This document shows, piece by piece, positions 22,369-36,849 of a stretch of 64,000 nucleotides of DNA (its first letter is position 1; each line of letters starts with the position of its first letter). Location: NCBI GenBank assembly GCA_010356995.1, contig ML996687.1:1737803-1801802 (forward strand), given 5' to 3'. The translations under genes were made by a program, and so were the position numbers. Under the pieces are notes generated by a model that saw nothing but the letters and a program-made list of their open reading frames with translations, was not told where the DNA came from and did no database searches. The stretch is from Trichodelitschia bisporula. Lineage: Eukaryota.

Positions 22369-25300
22369 GGCGTCTGAAAGAAAGGGAATGGGTTACACGG
22401 CGGACGGTTGTTTATTACGCGAGGACCAGCTGCGGAGCTGCGGTGCGGCCCGTTGAATAAAGCGGGAGACTGCTTGAGGAAAGTAGGCGGGCTGTTGTCA
22501 GTGTGCGCAGTGAGCGGATGGCCGTGACGCAGCCATGTGCAAACGCAAGGGAGCTCTGCTTTGAGGTTTTGGGGGGCGTGGGGGTACAGGCGGAACAGCG
22601 TGGGTAGTTCGTTCAATGACGCGTTCCTATTCTTCAGGTCGTGAGGGGGAGGTAGAGAGAGCGAGCGACAGTCTGTCTTCGCAGAGTTAAAGGAAGAGAA
22701 AAAGACGTCGAAGGTTCGATAGAGGAGAAGAGAAGGGATGTGTGAGCGTGAGCGTGGTTCGACGTGTATGGGGGTCTGGGGGAAGAAGAGTGCGGGAGCG
22801 GAATCTAGGGGCCCGTAGCCACAGAGTGGCTGGTCCATATGTGGGGAAGGGATGGGTGCTTAGGGGTAGTCCACTCACCCCATGTTATTTTTGCGAACCT
22901 CCAACACCATCATCACCACGCTCGCATTGCCATATCAGTCTTCGAATGCCATTACTCTACGGATGTACACACCCTGGGCACTAAATGGATGCTTCCTCTG
23001 CTTGACTTCTGCTATCTCATCAGCTTGAACCCGATTTAAATCAATTGCTGGCTGCCCGTGCCAAATTCGCAAGGCCATGCTTGCAACTCGTCATTTGTGT
23101 CTTTCAAGGTGGAGAACAACCACAAGATAAGCCTTGCCCATTGCTAGCATTCAGTGATTGAACCATACCGACAGGCCCTTCTGAGTGGCTATCTCTTGTC
23201 AAGCTTGCCCGTTGGTTCGTCAACACCGTAAGCGTCCATGTCAAGTTCCGACTCCTCTTCCCCTCAACCTTCTCCGCTGATACCTCCGGGGTTAAAGCGC
23301 GGGGACGCTTTATGGACAACGAGCAACTCTCGCCTTCAATTCCAATACTCACTGCTGATAGGTGGCATCGCGAAACGTTTATCCATATGAGGCGTGTACG
23401 GAACATCAGGAAACATTCCAAGACAATAACGACGAAGCTATACCTTGACCACGAGGCCTGAATTGAGCATTCGGATTTATCGAAGCGTTGCACGGCAGTT
23501 TCAACACTCGGCCAAAGCCGTCACCGACATTCGGAGGACCATCGAGCTGCCGATTTCTCAGCGGTAGTGCTTGAGTTGGGCCCCAAGCTATAAGTGACGA
23601 CATCTTGATCTTCCTCGCCCCGCACAGCGAAGACTTTCCGAGACTGATGAAGTTGAATGTCTTCTTCTTGCAAGGGAAGCATGCGCTTAGGGTAGTGGCC
23701 CTCTCAATTGAAGATTGATCGGTCGCTACGATGTGAGGCCGCCCAGGATCAGTTTCTTTCTGTACATCTTTGGCCGAAGGAGGATTGGTTGTCATGATCG
23801 TCAGCCTGATTTTCTGCGTAGCATGTGATACGCGAGCGGCTAGCCTCATCGTGACCAGCAAAACGTCTAATTAGAGAGAGAAATGCAACCCAAGAAATCG
23901 CAGGCGGAGCTCCCAAATTGTCAACCAGGAGACGCACAGGTGCAGATTAGGGGACAAACGTCCACACTTCAGGCAATGAGGCCAATAATCAAGATTTTTC
24001 CTCCATCTCCAAGCCGTAAAGTCTAATAAGGCCTGCATATGCATATGCATAACCATCTCTTGGGCCTTGCCGTAAATGGTCTCGAAAGAGGCACCTCGAC
24101 CCGGGGGACGCGCAACATGCAGTTGCGCCCCCAGGCTATGGTTAATGCTGGCTCTCCAATGCGCACTGAACCGCGGCATTGGGCCTGTCAATGCAACCCC
24201 TCGCAGTCGAAAACCCGCACGCCGGTCCGTCATGATTCAACTTTCCAATATTTCATCATCTTCAATCAGCACGTTCACGAGCTCAGCCATGGAGAACTGC
24301 GCACGGCCTCAAAATTACCTCATTTCCGCATCCCACGATGCTGCCCGCGAAACACCCCCAAGCAGCTTCGTCCTGCAAGCCTCCCAGCCCAATCCCGGCG
24401 CCATCGACCCGATCACCACCATTCTGCGCAAAGCGTAAATCCCCGCCGCTCCCCCTCCAACACTAAGTCTTGACCTCCCTTGATCTTGTTCTCCCCTGAT
24501 CTATACCCTTGAACATTCTTATCTCTACCCCATAGAATGTACGGAGGTAAGTACTTGAAGGTGAGGTAGGAAATCTAGAAGCTGAACGACGAATGCCATG
24601 ACGACGACTCTTCGGGGATTTTTCTCCGGATCACCGTAGCATGCGACCGACCTGCAAACTCCACCCCCTTCTTCGTTCTCAGCCATTCAGCCCAAAAGCT
24701 CCGGACACAGGCCCGCTTCCCGCTTGATTCCCCGCTGTGCTCGGCGCGCCCCCTGGCCTAACCGTTGTGCTTACGGCCACTCAGAGTGTGATGCTGCGCA
24801 TTAGGCATCTGAATGGTCGATTTGCGGCACAGCCCGAATAACAAACTTGGGGAGTGGGCGCTTGTCACGTCTCGTGGGAACGCTGTACCGTTTCATCCCC
24901 GCAAGACATAACGCTCCTCTTCCATGCCGTTGTGAGCTTCCATGCGGGATGGAAGTGCTCTAATCACGTGACCTGTCTACTGAAGCCTTGTCGCCTTGTC
25001 GCCTTTGCGCCTGGCTTTGTACCCACACTTGGCGTCAGAACCTTCCATCTATAACTTCACGAGCCTCCTTCCTTCTCTTTCTTCAACATCGCAAGTCAAC
25101 CTCCGGCTCTTCACCATCAAACTCCAGGAAGAGCTGGCTGGCAAGGTCATAATGGTCTACTTGCAAGAAAGAGTCGCTCTGTTTGAGGCCCCCACGATTT
25201 TGTCGTGAGTGGACGGTCATAGGTTGATGCGTACATTCCAGTACTCGTAGCATGCGCTTCTTCACAAGTTGGCTTGCAAAAGAAGCGATGGCAGAATCGT

Positions 25301-26245
25301 CTTTGACTTTAGATACATAATCACAGCCTATATCCCCCGTGCCTGGACGCCCCTGCTCCCATGGTGTCTTCTGTCAAAATATCAATACCTTATCTCGCCT
25401 TCCCCGCCAAACCTCACAACATCTGCTTGGTATCATCAGAATACAGCCTGGAGAACACTCAGGGATTAACTGAAAACATACCACGGCAAAGCCCCCTGCG
25501 ACCATCAAGCCGAACATTGAACCTCCAATATAGGCCCCTGGCGCTCTCCCTTCCAACGGCCTTGAAGTTGGAGAGGCGGTCGGCGATGTGGGGTGCATAC
25601 TCGTGGGCATGCCTGTTCCGTGTACGTGCGTCGAATTACTCCTTAGAAAGACACATTAGCCCCGCCTCCTTTCTTCTCTTGAGTGTCATCTCAGCTTACT
25701 TTGCGGTCACATCGCCTGCGAATAGGAAGAGCGCCCAAGTAAGAGCGCCTGTGACTTGACGGAACTGCATCCTGATGGTCGGGGCTGTGCGGTTCGTTGA
25801 TTGGACTAATATGGGGGGATTGGAGGAAGCTTTCTTGAACAACTGTTGTCGGAGTCCGTGAAGGACGAAGGCGGACTTATACCGCATTCTAGACTGCCTT
25901 GACAGTTTACACTAACGGCTGTATGCAGGTTCCCGGTTGCTACGGGCATCCAGACACTGCCTCAAGCTGTGTAACATTCGGACCCCCCGCTCGCGTGGTC
26001 TTCCCCTCATGCAAGTCCGACATCGAAAGTAAGTGGCGACAACGCACAATGCATACTGAGCACGCAGGGAATCCTTGAACTGTATTCTCGTCTGATCCAC
26101 TCTGCTACGCTAATCGCCACCATCAAGCAATCGCCACGAATAAGTGGTATCACTAGCGCTCATGCTCCCCACAACCAGGCACATCTAAGCCCAATTTGAT
26201 CCCCAACACCAGCGAATGCATACTGTACAACGAGCCGGACTTCGC

Positions 26246-29200
26246 TCAAAGGTTCGTAGTAACTGTCATGCTGTTGCTGTGGATCAGCAATACAGGCGGC
26301 AGCCCATTACACAAAACTTCAAGATCGCTCAGGTATCGCACACTATCAGCCTCACTCTCACCCGTGCCCTCTACCGGACTCGGCAGCGTGGTGAACAGCA
26401 CCGCCGTCTCGGTACTTTGCGCAACAATCAACTCATTCAGGATCAGATGCTGCGCGCGGCAGGGCAAGTCGTTGAAGTTAAGCGGCACAGACTGCATCGC
26501 GGGAAACCCACCCGCCGGTACCGGCGCGGAGGGTGAAGGCGCCGCAGGGCGATGCGTGTAGATGGAGTGACTGCCCTCGTTGCGGCCAGCGAGTGTCGGC
26601 GTGTCGGCGAACATGATAGAGGGGCCAGGTCCGTCTTGCGTCGAAATCTTGGTTGGGGGAACGGTGCTGGCGGTGAACTTTGGCAGCGATAGTTGGCGAA
26701 GGGGTGCCGGACGGGAGAAGGTTGTACCTCGCCGGGCATCGTCGGTGTCGGAGTTCGTCTCGAGGCCATCTGGCAGGGCTGTATCCGAGGCCCTATGGCC
26801 TTGGCCGTGACCTGGTTGCCGATCTGCGGGACCGGGAAAGAGTAGGCCCCCGAATTGGTGTTTCCGCGGTGCCTGTGGGCGTGGATTTGTACCGAGACTC
26901 ATGCTTCGCGGTTTGGGTCTGTCGTCCGAACCACGACCGCGTCCCACAATGCCAAATTCGGTGGTTGCCGATTCACCTGACTCCGAATCACTGTCCGATG
27001 AACTCTCACTTTCGCTGCCAAAACTGCGGTGATACTCTAAAAGTCCGGGAATGAGTGACGAAGTTTGCGCACGCATTTCTGTGGCTAGAGCACTACTTGC
27101 TCCTGCGGCCTGACGATGAGCCTTTTGCATCAACTTCCGCAGTCCTTCGAAATTCGCCGTCGTACTGGTTTCCTGGCTGGCTTGGGATGGTGGGCCAGCG
27201 CCCTCATCCAACTCGGCCATGTCGTTCAAAGCGTCGGACGATTCTGCTCCGTTCCTAACGGCTTGCACGTCCTGCCACCATTCCTCGTCTTCTAAAGTGC
27301 TGTTAATGTCGCGCATCGTAGCCTCATCACCATCTTTCCCATTGACGATTACTTCGTAGGTTTTCAGCGATCCGGAAGCCAGCCAAAACACAAGCACTTT
27401 GGCATCAATGCGTAGATTGGTGAGCAGCGATTGCACACGGCCTCTTTCCTCTTCAACGTCGCTCTCGTATTCGACAAAGACATTAACGCGCAGTTTGAAC
27501 GCTCGCTTATAGGAAGGAACCGTATGCAGGATACAGCCGAGTTGTAGGATGAGAGTGTAGGTGTCGAAGTTGGTGGTTAGGATGCTCCGCTTTTGGCGAC
27601 TGTTATCGTCCGTGGTTATTTGGGCCGACATCTGGATCGGCCACAGATCGATGTATTTTTTGGAATTTTCCTCATCCATAATGTCTTTGACGTGAAGCCA
27701 AGAAAGCGCACGCTCAAACTTGGTGGGCTTAGGAGCTGGAAGTTCGAGCTCGGAGAAGCCTTTCGCAATTGCAACATTGATTCGAAGGCGAAGCAGCAAG
27801 TCTTCCAGCAGGGTCACATAGCTTTGAGGTCCGATGGCACCTTCGGCTCGATTGATATCGGTAGGGAGCTTGGACTGCAACTTGCTGAAGACCTCCTGTT
27901 CACTGCGTTTCGTGTGATGCTTCCTATTGTCTGACTGCCCGGCGGCGCTATTCGGGCGTGAGGAGTGGGGTGAGGGAAGGTCGATCAACGGCTGACTCTT
28001 GCGAAGGTCGTTAAGATTGAAAAAGCCCATGATGACGATATTCGGTCTCATACCACCAAGACCAGCACTCAGAGCGATATTTCTCGCACCCCACTCGACG
28101 GCGGGACTGATCGCAATGTTGACAAAAGCCTTGATCTTGGAAAAGTCAATATAGTTTGTCCATGTAGCTTGCTGGCGTCTGGCTTCTGGAACAGCACCAG
28201 CAAAGTCGTCGCTAACGATAACGTGACCTAAAATGAACAACGCCCCTTTCTTCAGTGAGTTGCTGAATTGTATCAACTTGTAAGACCGTCGGGGATCGTT
28301 GACGAAGAGAAGAACTGAAGGGCGCCAGAACTTGATGTGATTTTGTCGAAGCCGAAGGAGGTATTTGCGAACTTGGTGAAAGATAAGACTTTGCGAGACA
28401 TCCCCCCACGACTTCGGTGGTGTGGTGTAATGGATGACGAGGAATAATGCGACGAGTAGGCCGACGCAAAGTGACGCGTAGACGCCATCCACGAAGAACA
28501 TAGTCGCTCCACTAGCTGTGGCTCCGAGGGCTGCCGTCTGCCAGTTGAAGTAGTGAAAGGAAGGTCGAAAGTTGGGTGCGGAGCCGACTTTCAACAGGAA
28601 GCAGGCGAGATTGGTGATCAAGAATGTCATCAGATATGTCATAGTCACAAATGAAGCGATCTGATTGATGTCGGACAGCATTGCAAGCTGGGTGACAGCG
28701 TAGGTGATGATTATCGCATATGTGGGCTCGTCGTTACCTTTGGTTCCCTGGCCAAAGATGGAGAGGCCGGGGACAAGGTCGTCTCGAGCCAGCGCCTGGA
28801 GAAGCTTTGCGGATCCAATGACTCCCATGAGGACTGAGAAAGATGATGTTGCAAATTCGCCCATCAGGATGATGCCACCAGAGATGTTGACCTACGACTA
28901 TGGTCAGCTGAAATACCATGGGCAGTACTCCAACTCACATCCTGTATGACATTTAGATTATTGTAGAATGTAGCTCGAGTGACTGTAGCCGCCAATGCTA
29001 GGATGACGAGAGTGTACGTGACGAAGGTCAATGCTAAGCCGTACAATGTGCCTTTGGGTATAGCTTTACTTGGGTGCTTCAGATCTCCGGACATGCTTGC
29101 GCCGCTGAATCCATAATTTAGTATTCAATCAATCCAGGCGAAGCTCACTTACGCGAAAATACCACCGGTTGCCGGAAAAAGGATGCCAAAAAGGTCCTGC

Positions 29201-30417
29201 CATGTCTCGCGCCCATGCAGTTGGCTACCAGCCGCTCCCTTCGTGAGTCTCGGCATGAGATTGCTTCTCAGGGTCTCAAGGCTAGGCCCTGTGTACTCGA
29301 TACCCAGACGCTCGCTCGTGAAGGGCTTGAGAACAAGAGCCGAAAAGGGGATGCTAAAAGTGGCGGCAAGCAGGATAACCAGAAGACCATTGCTGGCTCT
29401 GGCAAACAAGCCAGACCCGGCCAGGCAGATTCCAGTACATATGACCAACACGATGGTTGCCCACAAGTAGGACCACCAGAAGCTGTCAGGTAGCCACTGT
29501 GACCACCCCCCGCTTTTGGCACCGAAGTTGTATATCAGGCAGTCGATGAGACCGACGGCGTTCATACCGGTGTTGAAGACACACCCGATGTAAAAGACAA
29601 TACCAATGGCTCCACCGAACTCTGGACCCAGGCTGCGCGAGATGAGATAGTAAGCACCACCACCTCTTACAGTGCCATTGGTGGCAATCGCAGAGACAGA
29701 CATTGTCGTCAATAGGTTTATCGAATAACAAGCAACAAGCATCCCTAAACAAACATAAGCTGGAGACAGGAAAACGGGAGCAGTCGCCATTTTAGTCGGC
29801 TAAGTAGGCATGACTGCCACTGCTATGCATTAAGATTTGAAGACAATATATCGAAGCATTGCAAATATAAAAGAACAAAACTTACCCATCATGCCAACGA
29901 CACCTCCCTGACCGAGGATGAAGCCGAAGCGCAAGAACATGAGGATACTGAGGACATTGAGGGTTGTCGGAACGAACACTCCCCCAAAAGTCCCCAGCTT
30001 CGAAGTGGTTGAGGCAGTAGGTCGTGGTCTAGACATTGAATGCGATCTACGTCTTCCATGACGGTGAGAGTGGGTTTTGGTTCCATTTCGGCTGGCCTCG
30101 GGGCTCGTAGGACTTTCCGCCCGCTGAGAATGTCGACCACCTGTGCTGCCGTCGGTGGCCGCGGGATCATTGCCTCGATAGCGGACGCCGCCTTCAGCGC
30201 GCTTGGTACCAAAGAGGGGCCATTCTGGTTGTGCGTCCGAGCCGTTGTCCTGAAGGGGTTCAAAGTTGGGGCTTGATATCTCATCACGGGGTGAGGGCGA
30301 CGATGGAGCCTGCGACCAGCGCCGTTCAAGCTGCTGCTCTTCATCGGTAGCGGTGCGCGCGGCAAAGTTGGAATGACTGCGAGATATGGCCCTCCTCTGA
30401 GGCGTGGACTTCTGCAT
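26246..30417 (-). CDS. VHC1: Cation-chloride cotransporter (SLC12 family), vacuolar Vhc1-like
   Basis: KLGTFGGVFVPTTLNVLSILMFLRFG, GGGAYYLISRSLGPEFGG, LFPATGGIFAGASMSGDLK and KFWRP motifs. Introns 29745-29885, 29105-29152 and 28892-28938. Confidence 0.92.
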
Positions 30418-31007
30418 AATGATAGCCCATGTCCGGGTTTAACTCCGAAAATGCTTGTTGTAAGTCGAGGGAGGGGTTGTTGAAGTGTAGAACTAGATTG
30501 TGTCACAGCATGGACTAACGTAGGGGAAGTAGGGTCCCCGTCAGGCTCAATTGGCAAGGGTGGGGCGAGAGCAACGGTCCGGAAGGCGATGCCGGTACGT
30601 CAGGAAACAAATAAGTAAAAGAAACAGATCAACCGCGCGTGAGGTGATGCTTGATCCAAGGAAGCTCAACAACCAACTGCCGTCTCCAACCGTTGTCACG
30701 GGATCACGAAATGCAGGCCTCATCCCGCGCATGACGCCGTTCGCCGCCACGCGCGCCCTTGAACCGGCGCCCCGGCCCCCGGCTTTGTCCCGACCTTCAC
30801 CAAAACTCCACCTCCACCGGCCGCCTCTCCACACTCTCCGCCTAAACCCTTCCTCTACTGATTTCAGCTTGAACTACGGAGTAGTCTTTCTCTACTTCAA
30901 CTGTTCGGCAACTCCCGGAGCATTTACTTCCTTTCCTCAGAGTTACTGCCACTATCCCCACATGCTGGAGCTTTTGTAACCAACCTCCCGAAAGCGATTC
31001 CTGCCCA

Positions 31008-33359
31008 ATGTCGAGCCCTCAGCGAGAATCGTCCGGCCAGTCGAAGCCTCTTGCAGTCAATTCGTTGGCCATATCCTCTGACCAGTCTCTGGATAGCGCA
31101 ACGACTGGCCCACGATCACGGGCAACTTCGATCGCCAGGCTCGGATCCCCAGTTCCTTCTGCCCAAATCGGAACTCCTCCCGTCCGGCAGATACCCACTC
31201 CCTCGCAGCTGGCCAACACGCAGCATTCCGGAACCCAGACGCCGTTGGCAGGCTTAGAAGGGACCAGCATTCCCGTGTCAGGCCCAGGGGAGTCCGCGCT
31301 TGCCAACGCCTTACGAGGCTCTTTCGGGGCAAGCCCACCACGCTTCGGTCCTGCACCGAATCGGCCACTTTCCCCCGTATCTGCGGCCACCGGAAGCCGT
31401 GCACCACGAAGCAACTATGGCTCCTTCGATCAGCGAGCCGGAAGTCCTGCGCTCCACGAGAACCTCGAAATAGTCAAGAGACACTTAGCTGGGCCCTCTC
31501 ACCACTCATCAAACCAGAATCTGAGGGGCGCTGGAGACTACCATACGGAAGCGTTTGAGCAGAGGGAGAGCGAACTGATTGCCCCCGGCCTAGATAATGA
31601 TGAGTTCTCGAGTCTACGGTTGCAGGGTGGAGACGTGACTCGTCCCATTTACCGGCTTGTCGAACAGCAACAAGTTGAGGCTCATGATCCACGACTGCGT
31701 CGGAAGAGCTTCCACTTTGACCCGCCGCCACCTGAGGAAGAAGTCCTGAACATTCGTTCTATCAAGCAACCCGGCGGCTTTAGACGCAACTATATTCGGA
31801 GAGCTGTTGGAAGTCCTTCACCCCACCGGTATGAGGAAGGAGAGCCTAGCGACCGTGGCTCACGACAGCCTCCTCAAATTCTGACGACGAGCTTCATCGA
31901 ATTCCTGAGTCTCTATGGCCACTTTGCTGGTGAAGAGCTGGAAGAAGAGGAAGAGGACACGGATGACTTCTTCTCGTCGGATGCATTCGCGGATCGCGGA
32001 GTAGAAGGAGAGGAGTCGGGGGACGAAACGTATGGCGAGGAGAGCGGCTTGCTGAGTACTCCGGCAAAGCGGAGGAGAAGGCGCAAAGAAAAGGTTGTGC
32101 ACGGAGCCAGCCCCAAGGGTGCCCTGCTGCTGCTCCTGAAGTCTTTTGTAGGGACAGGAGTTCTGTTTCTGCCAAAAGCCTTCCTCAACGGCGGCATGCT
32201 CTTCAGCAGTTTGGTCCTCCTTGGTGTCGCCGCTTTGAGCTACTACTGCTTCCTTTTGCTGGTCTCGACCCGAATAAAGGTTCCTGCTTCCTTTGGCGAG
32301 ATGGGTAACCAACTTTACGGAAAGCCTCTTCGCTTTATGATCAACTTTTCCCTCGTCATCAGCCAAATCGGGTTCTCCTCGGCTTACATTGTCTTTGTGT
32401 CCGAAAACTTGCAGGCCTTCGTGCTGGCCGTCACGAAGTGCAAAACATCCATCGATGTCAAGTGGTTCATCCTGATGCAAATGGTCATCTTTTTGCCGCT
32501 ATCGCTATACCGCAACATCCAGAACATCCAGAAAATCGCCATTGTTGCCGACGTCTTCATTCTCCTTGGTCTGCTGTACCTGTACTATTTCGACATCTTC
32601 ACAATTGCTACGCAGCATGGAATCTCGGACATTGCCTTGTTCAACCAAAACGACTGGACGCTGTTCATCGGCACGGCTATTTTCACCTTTGAGGGTATTG
32701 GCTTGATCATTCCCATTCAGGAAAGCATGCGACACCCTGCGAAGTTCCCTGGCGTCCTTGGAATCGTCATGGTCATCATAACCGTGGTGTTCACAAGCAT
32801 GGGGGCGCTCTCATACGCGGCTTATGGCTCAAAGACGAAGACGGTAGTCATTTTGAACATGCCGCAGGACAGCAAGTTTGTGAATGGCGTCCAGTTCATC
32901 TACTCACTCGCGATTCTCTTGTCAACGCCGCTCCAATTCTTCCCTGCCATTGAGATTACATCAATGGCTCTCTTCACCAAGACTGGGAAGAACAACCCGT
33001 ACATCAAGTGGAAGAAGAATATCTTTCGCTTTTTTATGGTTGTTCTGTGCGCCGCGATTGCGTGGGTCGGAGCTGATGACCTGGACAAGTTCGTGGCTCT
33101 TGTCGGCAGCTTCGCCTGCATCCCACTTGTTTACATCTACCCTGTAAGTTTAATAGTTTTCGGTTTGCAGAACTATGCTGACTGCTCATAGCCAATGCTC
33201 CACCTTAAGGCACTATCCCGTACCCGATTACACAGGCTGGCGGATATTGGCTTGATAATCTTCGGTGTCATCGGGATGGTATACACGACAACGCTGACCG
33301 TTAAGAGCTGGGTGTCCGGCCCTTCTGTGAAGCCTCCTGGGTACTGCAGCGACAAATAA
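31008..33359 (+). CDS. AVT3: Vacuolar amino-acid exporter, AAAP family (Avt3/Avt4)
   Basis: LQGGDVTRPIY, PGGFRR, FIEFLSLYGHFAGE, LLKSFVGTGVLFLP and FTFEGIGL motifs with many TM helices. Intron 33144-33191. Confidence 0.9.
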
Positions 33360-34299
33360 GTTTCCTTCGTGTTTTGCATTTGGCATTCGATACTGGAAGA
33401 GCGACGGAGTGCAAAGGCATGGGTGTTTATGTCGATTGTACAGTTGTTTTTGAAAGCGTAGATTTAGAGCTCGGCTGTGGGCGGCCCAATACATGTAGCA
33501 GTGAGCATCTAGTGATAAGCATAGCATCCGGATTGAACGATTAAAAGATAACACCATGCACATCGTATCCTGCCGCTCTTCAGTGCGGACGCGCTCAAGC
33601 CAAATGTGCATCCAAGGGCCAAGGGGGCCAAGGCCAAGGCGAATCTCGGTCGGTCGGGACGGACAATTGTTCTGCCGCAAGTTGTTCCAGGGCGGCATAA
33701 AAAGCTGGCGGAGCAACAGAATCTTCTCCTCTTCACGAACAACGCAAACAAAGAACACTCACTAAAAAGCATTTTCGACTTCGAGACGCCCGTCGCGCAA
33801 GCGATGTGAGGCTTCCATGAAAACGAAAACCGTCAGCTGAGTGGAGAACACATTTTGCGGCAGATCTTGGGTGCGGTCTCCTTCTCCCTAATGGGCATGT
33901 GGAGGAGAGCGCAATGATCAGCTGTACATACCGAGGGATTCGCATAGAATTTGAGAATAGAATCATGAGAATAGCATATGCAGTTCAAGATGCTATTTTC
34001 CTGTGACATTGCCAGCCATTTTTCCAAGCATTAAGGCTGCATGCTTACGTGCAACTTCCTGAGCGACACCATCTAAGTGACAATCTTTGCATCGCCACAG
34101 CCGAACTGCTGTGCCACAGCCCCTCCGCTTTTCTCGCGCCAAGATTTCGAACCGAAGTGGCGGACAATTTCTCTATGCACCACAGAACCGCCGACCTAAC
34201 GACTACACCCCCCAACCACCCACTACCCCACCACAACTATCTTGCGCACCACCACCACCCTTTCTCACCGTAAAGTTTCCTCGGTCGCCTTCGCTCATC

Positions 34300-35674
34300 A
34301 TGCCGGGGCCTGCAAACACCCTCCTCATCGAGGGCACGACCGAAGAACTCATCGATGAGCTCGCACAGTACATTGATAACCTCCGCAAGTCCCAAAATGG
34401 CGAGGGTCCTGCGATATCACAGGAAGTGAACAACCTGGTGCAGGAGAAGAAAATGGAGGAGGCTCTTAAGAAGCTGGTGACAGCCAGCGCTGTACTCAAC
34501 ACGGCGCCAGAGAAGGGTACAGAACCGTGACCACAGTTGTCGCGCAGCGCACAAACGCTAATACATGGCTGCAGAAATCATCGCGGCGTACAATCTTCTC
34601 CTACACATCACGAGGCAGGCGCCAAAGCCTGAGATGTTCCTCCCGAAGATTTGCTCGAATCTCACCAAGCCGATTCCCTCCTCTCCGAACAACGGTGCCG
34701 GAATTGCCCTCGCCATCCTCAGCACCATCTTCAATATCACCTCACCTGACAAAGAGACCCGGTTTCACATCTTCATGGGCATACTGTCTGTGATCCGCTC
34801 CAGCTCCAACTTCGAGACCCTGAAGCCACAACTGAAGAACATCGAGGCCTGGCTCGCGGCGTGGGAAATTGACGATGAAGATCAGCGCAAGCTCTACCTC
34901 GAGGTCGCCGAAGCTGCGCTCGCCAGCGGTGAGGGTAACGAAGCATACGGGTATCTTATTCGTGCTCTGCGCACCGTCCCTACCGACGAGAGCAGCAGCG
35001 AAGAGGCTCGCAAGTTGGCGCTCCGCGCCCTCAAATTCGCTCTCATTCACCCGGCACATTTTGACTTCCAGGACCTCACCTCGCTCGATGCTATCCAGGC
35101 TCTACGCAAGTCAGACCCCGTGCACTTCGAGCTGCTCGAGATCTTCACGTCAGAGATGCTGGATGATTTCAATGACTTCAAGGATGAGCACGACGACTGG
35201 ATAGAGAGCCAGAACCTCGACAGAGACGCCCTCAACCGGAAGATGCGTCTGCTGACGCTGACTTCGCTTGCGGCCCAGGCTAGCCAGACTCGCGCACTGC
35301 CCTATGCACATATCGCCAAGGCGCTGCAGGTCCCCACCGAGGACGTGGAGATGTGGGTCATTGACGTGATCCGCGCCGGACTCGTCGAGGGCAAGCTGAG
35401 CCAGCTGAATCAGCAGTTCCTCATTCACCGTAGCACATACCGCGTGTTCGGTGAGAACCAGTGGCGCGAGGTGGCTGCACGCCTGGATATGTGGCGGAAG
35501 AGTCTTATCGGTGTCTTGGGCGTCGTTCGGCAAGAGAAGGAGAACTTCATCATCCAGAAGGAACAGGAGATGAGGGATCTGGAGGCCAAAGCCAACGGCA
35601 CGAACCAGGGCGGCGGCGGTGGTGGAAACTACCGGAATCGGCAACCCAGAACTGTCGAGGTAGAAGCGGACTGA
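34300..35674 (+). CDS. eIF3m: Translation initiation factor eIF3 subunit M (PCI domain)
   Basis: RKMRLLTLTSLA..VEMWVIDVIRAGLVEGKLSQ..HRSTYRVFGENQW. Intron 34517-34574 is in frame. Confidence 0.92.
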
Positions 35675-36000
35675 GGTACGGAATCGTTTTCTTTGGCGTT
35701 CGCTGGCATCCCCATGGGCTGTGTTTCAATGGCTTCCATTACATAGGGCGGCGAGAGAAGGCCTAGACCTTTGCTTTTAAGCATGATGACCGAGGGACAA
35801 CGAATCACTCTATGACTTGACGCTGCTATTGGTGTCAAAGCCTCATTCCTAAAAAGAAACCCACTGTTGTCTAAGCGACTGAAGCATCATAATGCCCTGT
35901 ATTCTGCCACTGCTCCACGCTAGGAACGATAGTACGCAAATCCAAATCAAGAGATGGCCGTGACCATGTCTTTTCAAATCTATGTACAGGGCCGTCGGCG

Positions 36001-36756
<756 letters not shown>

Positions 36757-36849
36757 CTATATTCCTGTTGTCTGTCCTCACGGAGTATGTTGGTCGGCGG
36801 TGTGACGTCGGGACGAATCCAGGTCCGTTAATTTCTTTTTCTCCACTCG

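Noticed and set aside
16900..26200. Telomerase RNA in the two large intergenic gaps
   Set aside because: I found no TAACCCTAA-type template on either strand; only partial matches such as 23686 and 24757.
34140..34155. GGTTCGAA B-box-like word on the minus strand
   Set aside because: No cloverleaf or A box around it, so it is not a tRNA.
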